Shown: positions 16,264 to 24,804 of the stretch, piece by piece
Numbering within the stretch: the stretch's first letter is position 1
Layout of the letters: every line of letters begins with the position of its first letter
IMG/VR virus record: IMGVR_UViG_3300044826_000112
Strand: one strand, 5' to 3'
Length of the DNA stretch: 64,000 nucleotides
Source of the DNA: a virus
The notes under the pieces: model-generated
What the model was told of the DNA's origin: nothing
Seen by the model: the letters and a program-made list of their open reading frames with translations, nothing else
Databases searched by the model: none
Translations under genes and position numbers: made by a program

Positions 16264-17005
16264 GCTGTTGGCAGCTGGATTGACGGCAATGATCGTTCAC
16301 CCTACTGCCCCGACGGCGGAAACGTTCAAGTTCAGTTACCGGAGGTTCCGAGAGAAGACACCAGACTCAGTTACCTGGCACAATGAGGAAGATGACTGCT
16401 ATGTTAGCATGGTACTTAACCCACTGCCGATCGAGCGGATGCCGGAATACATCTCACGTACAGGTAACTACCTAGGCGATAAAGATCTCATCCACTTCGT
16501 GTATGTACTGCAAGAATCCGGAGAGTACATATATGACGGGCAAGTCTTCGATGATGTTCATGAAGACGTTCTCCGTGAGGAGATGAGTAGAAACTACAAG
16601 TACAAAAGGGCATTCTTCGCAACTGACATTGCGAATCTGTCTTCTTCTAAAGGTCAATGTGCTCACTTCCTCTGCAAAGAGGTGGGTGAGATGCCTGACA
16701 CTGCAGAGTTATGCAATGATGTCAGCCAAATGGAGCCTTATGATGTGGTATACATCGGGCATCGTGGCGGCGTTATGGCCTGCACTCTCACTAACTTCTT
16801 CCAAATGATCGATCTTAAAGACGTACGCAACATCGTGGCTGATGAGCCTGGTATGACGTACATCGTTGAGAACGGTCGGGAGGTTGTACAAGAAGTAGAA
16901 GACGTAGATACACCCGGTATCATGCTCCTCTGGAATGACACGTTCTTCAATAAGGAAGACACTTGGCATCTGGAAGAGAGTATCGGTAACGAAATCTATT
17001 CATAA
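16214..17005 (+). CDS. hypothetical protein
   Basis: AAGGAG SD before ATG 16214. Confidence 0.7.
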   Translation: MQKRNLRVTNKNVHLNKLLAAGLTAMIVHPTAPTAETFKFSYRRFREKTPDSVTWHNEEDDCYVSMVLNPLPIERMPEYISRTGNYLGDKDLIHFVYVLQESGEYIYDGQVFDDVHEDVLREEMSRNYKYKRAFFATDIANLSSSKGQCAHFLCKEVGEMPDTAELCNDVSQMEPYDVVYIGHRGGVMACTLTNFFQMIDLKDVRNIVADEPGMTYIVENGREVVQEVEDVDTPGIMLLWNDTFFNKEDTWHLEESIGNEIYS

Positions 17006-17018
17006 TTTGGGGGAATAT

Positions 17019-17753
17019 ATGAAGCGTAATGTTTTGGTAGAGATGGCGACTAAAAATCCCGGCTGCGATATCATCTTGGTATTGACCGGTACGGATATAC
17101 CCACTCCTACGCTCATCAAGGCAGCTGAAGCAGTACTGGAATCCAAAGTCCGGTCAACCTATAACGCAGGCCCTGACTCTGGTATCCGGCTCATGGCAGT
17201 GGATAAGTGCGATGGACTTGAGAGCGTTCGCAATCGCAACTTCGAATTCACCCGCACCACCAAAGGCTGGCCTCATATCCGCGTTCCTGCTGACTACATC
17301 TTGATGTATCTGTTCGACGTGAAGGATATGATCACCTTCGAGACTATGTGCAGCGACAACGTAGTCGAGATCGTGGACATGGAAACTACCAGCCCTGACA
17401 CAAAGATCATCATGTCCGGAGTGAACATGTTGCCTATATGCAGGGGTAATATGCAGGTACACAAAGTACCTGTCGAGCCAGCTAAGGATGACAACATACC
17501 GGAGCCTCTCAAGCTTCTGTGCCGTATGGCTGTCAAATCGCTGTTCGCCATGACCAACGTCCATAACGTGCCGGCCGGGTTCTTTGAGAACCTAGCAGAA
17601 TCGTTCATGCTTGGACCGCATAACGGACGCATGGACCGTTATGACATGACATTCCGGAGTAATGAGGGTAGTTCCTCTGAGGACTTCAAAGATCTGACAA
17701 TCGAGCAAGTGTTCGCACTCTACGAGTTACGCAACACGACAACGATCCAGTAG
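17019..17753 (+). CDS. hypothetical protein
   Basis: GGGGGA SD, followed by terminator. Confidence 0.7.
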   Translation: MKRNVLVEMATKNPGCDIILVLTGTDIPTPTLIKAAEAVLESKVRSTYNAGPDSGIRLMAVDKCDGLESVRNRNFEFTRTTKGWPHIRVPADYILMYLFDVKDMITFETMCSDNVVEIVDMETTSPDTKIIMSGVNMLPICRGNMQVHKVPVEPAKDDNIPEPLKLLCRMAVKSLFAMTNVHNVPAGFFENLAESFMLGPHNGRMDRYDMTFRSNEGSSSEDFKDLTIEQVFALYELRNTTTIQ

Positions 17754-17827
17754 ATCTAATAAAAAGAGGGACTTATGTCTCTCTTTTTAGTTGCAAACCC
17801 CCAGACCCTTTGTTAGGATGAATTGAC

Positions 17828-17903
17828 CCTGGAGTAGCTCAGCAGGTAGAGCGAACGACCGATAATCGTTAGGTCACTGGTTCGAACCCAGTCTCTAGGA
17901 CCA
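17828..17903 (+). tRNA. tRNA-Ile(GAT) with C33
   Basis: Cloverleaf, loop CCGATAA, CCA. Confidence 0.9.
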
Positions 17904-17907
17904 AATT

Positions 17908-17983
17908 GCATGTATAGCTCAGTAGGTAGAGCGAGACGTTGCCAACGTCTAGGCCGTCGGTTCGAGACCGTCTACATGCTCCA
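17908..17983 (+). tRNA. tRNA-Gly(GCC)
   Basis: Cloverleaf, loop TTGCCAA, U73, CCA. Confidence 0.95.
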
Positions 17984-17984
17984 A

Positions 17985-18059
17985 GCATGATTAGCATAAT
18001 GGTAGTGCGACTGCCTTCCAAGCAGTTAGGTGACAGTTCGAGTCTGTTATCATGCTCCA
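17985..18059 (+). tRNA. tRNA-Gly(TCC)
   Basis: Cloverleaf, loop CTTCCAA, U73, CCA. Confidence 0.95.
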
Positions 18060-18116
18060 ATTTCTGCCCGGCCGGGGGTTTCGCCTCCTTTACCTCGGTT
18101 GGGCTTCTACATCACT

Positions 18117-18205
18117 GGGGGATGCTCACGCTAGCGGATTCCAAATCCGTCGACGTTAAATATGCGTGTGGTCGTCGTTGGGTTCGATTCCTACATCCTC
18201 TGCCA
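18117..18205 (+). tRNA. atypical tRNA-Trp(CCA): no D stem, long variable arm
   Basis: GGGGGATG/CATCCTCT-G-CCA, GCGGA-TTCCAAA-TCCGT, GG-TTCGATT-CC. Confidence 0.75.
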
Positions 18206-18260
18206 CTTTCCTTATCCCTCTCTTTTAGCTATGATCTCCTTAACCAAAAGGAGAATCCGC

Positions 18261-18734
18261 ATGCAAATCCAACAAGTATTCGTTGCAAACACTATCGTCA
18301 AGGAAAGCGACGAGATCGTCGATTTCACCGCTATGACTCCCGTACTGACGTACCTGGAGAAAGTCATTCCAGATGACGGCCTGATGTCGTGCGTTGTCGA
18401 CTATGACGATGAAGATATCAAGTACACCGGCGTAGACGTCAATCTCGGCAGAATGAACGGGAAGTTGGTCTTCACTGTATCCAAGGACCGTATCCTCTTG
18501 CCTCAACACGAAATCTCCTTCGTACCCTATCTGACCGAGGAAGGGGTCCCGCAGCTCATGATTTCAGTTCCGCCTGGCCGCATCGAGAAGATCGGCATGG
18601 AGGCCCTTGAGAAATACTACAATGACCACCTCGAGTTCGTACAGGTGATGCTGGGTCATTTCGCCTTGTTTGCGGACTTAAACTCTAAGAACGAACTAAA
18701 GGAGTTCATCGAGACTACACGGACATACCATTGA
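18261..18734 (+). CDS. hypothetical acidic protein
   Basis: AAGGAG SD before ATG 18261. Confidence 0.75.
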   Translation: MQIQQVFVANTIVKESDEIVDFTAMTPVLTYLEKVIPDDGLMSCVVDYDDEDIKYTGVDVNLGRMNGKLVFTVSKDRILLPQHEISFVPYLTEEGVPQLMISVPPGRIEKIGMEALEKYYNDHLEFVQVMLGHFALFADLNSKNELKEFIETTRTYH

Positions 18735-18742
18735 GGTGAGAG

Positions 18743-19390
18743 ATGAGTGATCTACTAGAACTAGCGAAAGGTCTGCACAAGCAGGCCAAAGAAGAAAAGA
18801 GCGGTAAAGGTGCAGGTTGGGCAGCAGGCCTGGGTACCTATATTGCAGGTGCCAAGATGAGCAACAAGGGGAACCGCAAGCTTGTGGCTACCGGTGGTAA
18901 GAGCAAGGCCGCCCGCATACTGAGTGGTATCGGAGCTGCTACTGAATTCGGAGCTATCCCGCTCGGTATCCAAGTTAAGCGTAACATCGAGAAGAAGGCT
19001 GTTGAGAAAAAGAAGAAAGAGCAACCTAGCATGCTACGCCCAGGTGTAGTTGCAGGTATCGCTACTGCTTCTGGTGCCACAGCAGCCAGAGCTACAGGCT
19101 CAGCCATGATGCATCGTGCTGCTAAGTCTACGGTGGCAAACTCTTACCGCCCTACTGATGTAGATCGTAAGAATGTCAAAGGCTTCTATGAAAACGGTAA
19201 GTACGTAACCGGTAAAACCCCAGGGCTTCAAGCAGGTCGCGTCAAAGATATTGCCTCAAAGTCTAACAAACTTATGTCCAAAGGGATGAAAGTCAGTAAG
19301 TACGGTACGGCCGCTCTTATTGCATCTCCAGTTGTTGGTGCATTAGTCGGCAAGGCTCATCGCATGATGACCGAGAAGAAGGATAAGTAA
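18743..19390 (+). CDS. basic protein with LHKQA leader, possibly virion-internal
   Basis: N-term MSDLLELAKGLHKQA shared with next gene; Gly/Ala hydrophobic segments. Confidence 0.7.
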   Translation: MSDLLELAKGLHKQAKEEKSGKGAGWAAGLGTYIAGAKMSNKGNRKLVATGGKSKAARILSGIGAATEFGAIPLGIQVKRNIEKKAVEKKKKEQPSMLRPGVVAGIATASGATAARATGSAMMHRAAKSTVANSYRPTDVDRKNVKGFYENGKYVTGKTPGLQAGRVKDIASKSNKLMSKGMKVSKYGTAALIASPVVGALVGKAHRMMTEKKDK

Positions 19391-19399
19391 GGAGATTCT

Positions 19400-20128
19400 A
19401 TGTCCCTAGTCGATATCGCTCTTGGCCTGCACAAGCAGGCCGAAGAGAAGAAAAAGAAGGAGCGTCATGAAGGGTTGACTGCTGGCGGGGCTATTTTGGC
19501 CTCCAGCGGTGCCCAGCAACGTCTGATGGGTTACGAAACCGTTCACCATGGTACTCCTAAGCATGAGAACGTCATGTCTATCAAGAAGCATGGCATTAAA
19601 AAGTCCCATGCTGGTACCGGTGCTGGTGCTGCTGACATGGCCGTTGGTCACGTAGATAGAGATAATCTCAAAGGTCGTGTCTTCACTACTACCAACAAAG
19701 GCTATGCAAGTCACTACACTAAAGGCAATCTCTTTGAAGGCCCAGATATTCGCAAAGTGGTAACTGCTCACGTCCCTTATCGTGCCAAATCTCGTCTACA
19801 CACCGACAAGATCATGCATGAAGCAGCTAACGGTGTCGGCGTAGGTAAGAACATGGGTCAAGCTGAACGGGCTAATGCTAAGCGTCTGCTGAAACAGACT
19901 CGTGTGTATAAGCACGGCATCAAGACTCGCTTCATCGAAGGCGGTAAAGATTACGCCGGTAAGAAGCAGTTCCTGAACGCCGGGCATATGCGTCGTTATC
20001 TGTCCCAAGCAGGTGGTAAGGCACGTTTCGCTACTGGTGTAGCCCAATCAGCTGTCTCAGCCGGTCTCGGTGCTCTGACTCTGCGTAACGCTGCCAAGAC
20101 ACTTAAAGAGAAGAAGGAAGCTAAATGA
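19400..20128 (+). CDS. basic protein with putative ADP-ribosyltransferase-fold domain
   Basis: VHHGT...NVMSIKKHGI...GRVFTT...ASHY; LHKQA leader. Confidence 0.6.
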   Translation: MSLVDIALGLHKQAEEKKKKERHEGLTAGGAILASSGAQQRLMGYETVHHGTPKHENVMSIKKHGIKKSHAGTGAGAADMAVGHVDRDNLKGRVFTTTNKGYASHYTKGNLFEGPDIRKVVTAHVPYRAKSRLHTDKIMHEAANGVGVGKNMGQAERANAKRLLKQTRVYKHGIKTRFIEGGKDYAGKKQFLNAGHMRRYLSQAGGKARFATGVAQSAVSAGLGALTLRNAAKTLKEKKEAK

Positions 20129-20811
20129 ACGCTCTACTAAAGATTGCCTCTAAAAAGAGGGATGATGATAAGGTGAATAAGAAGGCCGTCGTAGCAGGCG
20201 GCCTCTTGGTCCATATGAATGCTGGCAAGGTTGCCCCGCGTGTTATCGGCTACCACAAGATGTATCACGGCACAGGTGCTCATAACGTTGAGAGCATCAA
20301 AAAGACTGGCTTAGATCCTAAGTACGGTGGCAAGACTGGCGGTGCAGCTGATCTACATGGCCTGGATTCGTTCAAGAAGAACAGTTCTGGGAAAGTCCAC
20401 ATGTCTCCTCATAAAATATCTGCTCGGATGATGGCTAACTTCGTTGATCTCAAGAAGGCCAATCCTAACATGGACAACACGCATGTCATGAAGGGGGCCA
20501 TGAAGGGAGCTATGACCGGGAAAGGTAACGTCTTCACTATTCACTTGTCTGAAGGGCAACACCGACGTCTGAAGAATGATCCCGATATGGGAGGTGCCAA
20601 GACTTTCCACCAGAAGATCCGCAAGGAACAGCTTCAAGGCGGCGTCAAGGGCATGGCTTCCGTAGTCAACAAAGGTACCTTGAAGCGTCACTTCACGACC
20701 AAGCACGGTTTAAAGCGTGTGGCTCACGGTCTGGGTAACGCAGGTGCTGCCGCTTTGGGCGCCAAGATGCTCTACGATCAAGCAAAAAAGCTGAAGTCCA
20801 AGAAGGATTGA
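20125..20811 (+). CDS. basic protein with Tpt1/KptA-like ADP-ribosyltransferase-fold domain
   Basis: MYHGT...NVESIKKTGL.P...VHMS....A....VFTIHL. Confidence 0.65.
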   Translation: MNALLKIASKKRDDDKVNKKAVVAGGLLVHMNAGKVAPRVIGYHKMYHGTGAHNVESIKKTGLDPKYGGKTGGAADLHGLDSFKKNSSGKVHMSPHKISARMMANFVDLKKANPNMDNTHVMKGAMKGAMTGKGNVFTIHLSEGQHRRLKNDPDMGGAKTFHQKIRKEQLQGGVKGMASVVNKGTLKRHFTTKHGLKRVAHGLGNAGAAALGAKMLYDQAKKLKSKKD

Positions 20812-20843
20812 TGGTATAAGTAATGTGTCAAAGGAGATACATT

Positions 20844-20990
20844 ATGAACGACCAACCTAAAACCCCTGCTACTACTTCAGAGTCAACTGCTAGCCAAGCT
20901 ATAGAAGCCTATCGTAAAGAACACCCCATCCGCTACTATGTAGGTGGTTTCATTGGCAGCATCGTTGCCGTATTCAGAAAGAGACCTTGA
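20844..20990 (+). CDS. small hypothetical protein (48 aa, not in ORF track)
   Basis: GGTATAAG promoter, AAGGAG SD, terminator after. Confidence 0.6.
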   Translation: MNDQPKTPATTSESTASQAIEAYRKEHPIRYYVGGFIGSIVAVFRKRP

Positions 20991-21045
20991 TGGTCTCTTT
21001 TTTAGTTGGTATGATGCTGATGTCTAATTAACCAAGGAGACATCA

Positions 21046-21273
21046 ATGGAAAACCAACATCGCAAGATCACCGGGTATCGGGAGCTGTCCGAAGCTGAAG
21101 TTGCTCTGATGAACAAGCTCAAGGAGCACGGTAACGAGATAGGCTTCATCCTTGATCAGATGGCTACCGACGCCTCTCTCGATCAACGCTGTGTGGCAAT
21201 CGCTAAGACCCAGATCCAGACTGGCATGATGTTTGCCATCCGGGCTGTTGCTCAACCTACTACCTTCTGCTAA
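21046..21273 (+). CDS. acb2: anti-CBASS cyclic oligonucleotide sponge Acb2
   Basis: MENQHRKITGYRELS..E..LMN..K...AIAKT.IQTGMM..IRAVAQP..F matches Acb2 family. Confidence 0.92.
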   Translation: MENQHRKITGYRELSEAEVALMNKLKEHGNEIGFILDQMATDASLDQRCVAIAKTQIQTGMMFAIRAVAQPTTFC

Positions 21274-21282
21274 GGAGTCATC

Positions 21283-21546
21283 ATGGTCATCATCACTGTA
21301 ATTCCAAAATCCGTTCCCATGGACCTACTTCGTTATGATGGCCATAATGAAGCAGAACTCCAGGAGTTCACCGGGCTGGAGACAGCAAAGGCTCAATCTC
21401 AAAACGGCTCGCCCGTTGCCTTCATGTTCCATGCCGCAGGTCCTCGTCTGGCCCAAGTCGGTGAGTACGTCAACAAGTTTGGCATGACGTACACCGAGAC
21501 CACCCTTCGTAGCGGCTACCAGATCGTCGATACGGAAGACGTGTAA
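21283..21546 (+). CDS. hypothetical protein
   Basis: AAGGAG SD. Confidence 0.7.
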   Translation: MVIITVIPKSVPMDLLRYDGHNEAELQEFTGLETAKAQSQNGSPVAFMFHAAGPRLAQVGEYVNKFGMTYTETTLRSGYQIVDTEDV

Positions 21547-21574
21547 AATATCTCTGTGATATAGGAGATTTACC

Positions 21575-21880
21575 ATGGATAATGTAGAAAATCTGGTTAA
21601 AGTTGCGAGAGAGCTGAAGTCGAATGAGCGAAAGGGTACTGTAGGTACTTCTGCGTATAATGGTGCTAAATACGGTGCTCGAGCAGGGGCTGTGTTAGGG
21701 GCTATTGGCGGTCTGCATTCGATGCGAAACCCTCTAGGCGCTATGATCGGAGGTGTAGGTGGTACGATTGCGGGAGGTGTAGCAGGCGGCGTAGCTGGTG
21801 TTAACTACGGTGCGGCACGTGCTCTCTATCGTGACGCTAAAGATCTCAAATCGGTTCACCCTAACAGGCTGAAAGACTGA
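21575..21880 (+). CDS. glycine-zipper-like protein with LVKVA leader
   Basis: GxxxG repeats, AGGAG SD. Confidence 0.65.
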   Translation: MDNVENLVKVARELKSNERKGTVGTSAYNGAKYGARAGAVLGAIGGLHSMRNPLGAMIGGVGGTIAGGVAGGVAGVNYGAARALYRDAKDLKSVHPNRLKD

Positions 21881-21974
21881 TAAAAGTAGTTGACGTGCCT
21901 CCACTCGTTTTGATAGAGTGTTCGTACGGTTAAACCTACCCTGTGATCGGTTCGCTGAAAGCAGGGTTTTCCCC

Positions 21975-22051
21975 GGATCAGAAGCACATGAGGCATGTGC
22001 GGACGCCTGTTAAGCGTATGGTAGAGGGTTCGAATCCCTCCTGGTCCGCCA
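21975..22051 (+). tRNA. tRNA-Asn(GTT)
   Basis: Cloverleaf, loop CTGTTAA, G73, CCA. Confidence 0.9.
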
Positions 22052-22059
22052 ATTTCTAT

Positions 22060-22194
22060 GCTCCATCAAGGTTTGCTTTGCAGGGAAGGATCCCTTCGAA
22101 GCGATATGGGTACGGTAGTGAGCTTGTTCGAACATCTCGAGTAAGTAGTGCTAGCGAGGTACCGAGACTGCGGGTTCGATTCCTGTGTGGGGCG
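22060..22194 (+). ncRNA. 135-nt oversized tRNA-like RNA
   Basis: GCTCCAT/GTGGGGC-G, GCGGG-TTCGATT-CCTGT, enlarged inner arms, between two tRNAs. Confidence 0.7.
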
Positions 22195-22203
22195 GTTCAA
22201 TTT

Positions 22204-22279
22204 GCTGGTTTAGCTCATCTGGTAGAGCGGCTCTCTTGTAAAGAGCGGGTGGCGGGTTCGAGTCCTGCAACCAGCACCA
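22204..22279 (+). tRNA. tRNA-Thr(TGT)
   Basis: Cloverleaf, loop CTTGTAA, CCA. Confidence 0.95.
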
Positions 22280-22289
22280 AGATTTCAAT

Positions 22290-22365
22290 GCGTCCCTAAC
22301 TCAATGGTTAGAGTGCCTGCCTCTTAAGCAGAACGTTCTGGGTTCGAGTCCCAGGGGACGTACCA
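22290..22365 (+). tRNA. tRNA-Lys(CTT)
   Basis: Cloverleaf, loop CTCTTAA, CCA. Confidence 0.9.
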
Positions 22366-22370
22366 AATAC

Positions 22371-22458
22371 GGAAGAGTGGCGAAATGGTAGCCGCGTCAG
22401 CTTGGAAAGCTGTTGTCCTTTACGGGGCATGAGGGTTCGAGTCCCTCTTCTTCCTCCA
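22371..22458 (+). tRNA. tRNA-Ser(GGA)
   Basis: Long variable arm, loop TTGGAAA, CCA. Confidence 0.92.
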
Positions 22459-22556
22459 CTTCAGAAACCCGCTTCGGCGGGTTTTCCTTTTTGTGGCCCT
22501 TTGGGGGTATAAGTACTCCGTAGGAAGGCCTACATACTAACAAAAAGGGAAATCCC

Positions 22557-23150
22557 ATGAACAAAAATACTATCAAGTTGATCTCCTCCTTCTCATTGAG
22601 CATGGTGTCCGGGGAAGACATCCCGTTCGTTCGCATGAAAGAGATCTCCATCGAAGACCTGCAAGATGATCTTGCGTGGTGCGACCTCGTGTCCCATGTA
22701 AGCGTTCCAGAATTAGCTACCATTCTGACTCACTACATCGGCCGCCCCATCGAGGTCAACCGCTCCGCCGTGCGTCTCAAGGGCAACCGCCTGATTGTCG
22801 CCAAGGTATATGGCGGCCGACTGGAAGCCGGTATGACTCAGCTGCCTGGTGGGATGATTCTCCGCTTGGTCGAGGTGTATCTCAACAAGCCTAACCTGGT
22901 GCGATTCCCTGCTGCACAGGCCTCTGAGATGCCAGCATGGCCGGTCGAACACATTCACCCTGAAGAGCCGACCACCATAGGCATCGACTGGGAGAATGGA
23001 GAGATCACCATCATGACGGTCTCAAAGACCCTCAACGGTGACTTTGCGGCCTTTGTACAATCCCGTACCGGTCATGAGAATGACTGCTACATCGTGGACT
23101 GCGGTGAGCAGACCTGGCAATCCGTGATCAACAAGGAGATGGAGGCATGA
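22557..23150 (+). CDS. DUF1874 (AcrIII-1/STIV B116-like) domain protein with C-terminal extension
   Basis: LISSFSLSM, ILT..IG..IEVNR..VRL, RLEAG motifs; GH catalytic motif appears absent. Confidence 0.7.
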   Translation: MNKNTIKLISSFSLSMVSGEDIPFVRMKEISIEDLQDDLAWCDLVSHVSVPELATILTHYIGRPIEVNRSAVRLKGNRLIVAKVYGGRLEAGMTQLPGGMILRLVEVYLNKPNLVRFPAAQASEMPAWPVEHIHPEEPTTIGIDWENGEITIMTVSKTLNGDFAAFVQSRTGHENDCYIVDCGEQTWQSVINKEMEA

Positions 23151-23692
23151 AGCAAGTACTAGCGTTCCGTCTGGAAGCCGGCGAGACTCTATGTGGACTG
23201 CTGGAAGATTGCCGCAATATGGGGATCCACCTGAAGGCTCATACTGAGCTGCCTGGCGGATTGCATCTCTTTGAAGACCGGGAGCCTGCAGTGATCCAGC
23301 TGTCGGCCTGCGAGATCACTATGGAAGATCGCATGGCGTGGGACTTCTCGGCCCGTAATCGAGATAGCCGTCGACCCTTCTACCGGATGCGGGGAACCGT
23401 TGATCCTCTGGTTGATATCTTCCCATTCCCGCCGATCATGAAGTTCTATGTCGAAGGGGTTGAAGTAGAGGTGTCAGTCAACTTCATCAACAGCAAAGGT
23501 GGTGGAGACAGTCTGCAGATGCACCATAAAGGCGAGTTGATAGCCTCTACTGGTGCCACTATGGGCAAGTGGGTGCTGAGAATAGGTGGGTTCCAGGAGT
23601 ACAACTCCAATCCCACCCTGGTCAAAGCAGCTATGACTGCCATCAAGTTCTTGGATGAGAAACTCTACGATGATGTAGAGGATGCAGCATAA
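23147..23692 (+). CDS. hypothetical protein
   Basis: ATGA coupling, terminator after. Confidence 0.7.
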   Translation: MKQVLAFRLEAGETLCGLLEDCRNMGIHLKAHTELPGGLHLFEDREPAVIQLSACEITMEDRMAWDFSARNRDSRRPFYRMRGTVDPLVDIFPFPPIMKFYVEGVEVEVSVNFINSKGGGDSLQMHHKGELIASTGATMGKWVLRIGGFQEYNSNPTLVKAAMTAIKFLDEKLYDDVEDAA

Positions 23693-23756
23693 AGAGAGGG
23701 CCTCGTGCCCTCTTTTAGTTGACCTGCATGTCTCGTTTAGGTATAGTTCTGTTCAC

Positions 23757-23832
23757 GGGTCGCTAGCTCAATGGTAGCAGCAAGGTGCTTTTAACGCCGA
23801 GGTTCTGGGTTCGAGTCCCAGGCGTCCCACCA
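23757..23832 (+). tRNA. tRNA-Lys(TTT)
   Basis: Cloverleaf, loop CTTTTAA, CCA; promoter TTGACC-17-TATAGT at 23719. Confidence 0.9.
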
Positions 23833-23838
23833 AATTAT

Positions 23839-23934
23839 GGAAGAGTCATCCGAAATTGGTATCGGTCCAGTCTTGAAAACTGGTCATCGGGCTAGTACCC
23901 CGTTGTGTGAGTTCGAGTCTCACGTCTTCCGCCA
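23839..23934 (+). tRNA. tRNA-Ser(TGA)
   Basis: Long variable arm, loop CTTGAAA, G73, CCA. Confidence 0.9.
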
Positions 23935-23939
23935 CTTTA

Positions 23940-23998
23940 GGCTAGGTCTGCTGGAGAAACGATAAGATACTCCTGTCTATAAAGGTTCCTAGTCGCCA
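23940..23998 (+). ncRNA. 59-nt mini tRNA-like RNA (acceptor stem + GCCA)
   Basis: GGCTAGG/CCTAGTC 7-bp stem followed by G-CCA, one internal hairpin. Confidence 0.55.
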
Positions 23999-24012
23999 CT
24001 TGGAGATGCAAT

Positions 24013-24198
24013 ATGTCCAACGTCACCATCCGTACCTTCACCCCTTACATCAACAAACTCCGAAAGGAAGCAGAAGACCTTCGCAATGACACCCTGGTGA
24101 GCATGGCCGAAGGTATTCGTAACGAGATCATGGCCAAGCGCCTTGATGAAATCGCCAACGACATAGAGAATCTTGCTGATGCTACACAGTACTCATAA
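24013..24198 (+). CDS. small hypothetical protein
   Basis: GGAG SD, ORF. Confidence 0.65.
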   Translation: MSNVTIRTFTPYINKLRKEAEDLRNDTLVSMAEGIRNEIMAKRLDEIANDIENLADATQYS

Positions 24199-24595
24199 GA
24201 CCTACTGGTTGGGCCTCTATGGAGGCCTTCTTCGCGTAGGAGCTGTAGAACTACGCCTCAACGGCAATGCTATCGGCCAAGATGATTGTCCTATGGCAGA
24301 CTTCCTGGATGAGATAGGCAAGAAAATCCAGTTCATCCAGGACACTGACGTCGAACTGCTGTGCTACATATGGGAGCTGCAGAAGGAATACAAGAAGTTG
24401 AGGCTTCACCGCTTCTCCATGCTTCCTGACCAATCCTTTGAGCTCAAGCAGGCAGAACGACTCAGAGGCATCATCGAGATGCTCAAGAAAATCAGACGAG
24501 GAGATATGGCATGCTTCCTTTTGGATCAAAAAGAACCTACGGGGATTGCATCGTTACGAGATACCGTAACGGGGGCAAAGTCCACATTCGGCTAG
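24173..24595 (+). CDS. hypothetical protein
   Basis: ORF overlapping upstream gene. Confidence 0.55.
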   Translation: MLMLHSTHKTYWLGLYGGLLRVGAVELRLNGNAIGQDDCPMADFLDEIGKKIQFIQDTDVELLCYIWELQKEYKKLRLHRFSMLPDQSFELKQAERLRGIIEMLKKIRRGDMACFLLDQKEPTGIASLRDTVTGAKSTFG

Positions 24596-24804
24596 GAGCT
24601 GTTAACAAAGCTGTTGGCCGCCGCCTGTCCAAATCGGACAGAATCATCCACCAACTCGAGGATATCCCTCATGATGCCTTACGGATCTAAACGTACCCTC
24701 TATGGGCTGCACAATCGCAGCGTCAAACGTGGCCGTTTCTATGGAACAGTTGAGAAGAAACACCCTCGCCAAGAGGGTAAGAAGCAGATCAAGGAGCAGC
24801 TGGA

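Noticed and set aside
21939-21967. Possible hammerhead ribozyme in the tRNA-Asn leader (CTGTGA...GAAA)
   Set aside because: Core is not CUGANGA and there is no three-stem arrangement with a cleavage triplet
21943-22299. ORFs overlapping tRNA clusters (also 17939..18376, 12110..12473)
   Set aside because: The sequence is fully explained by tRNA/ncRNA genes
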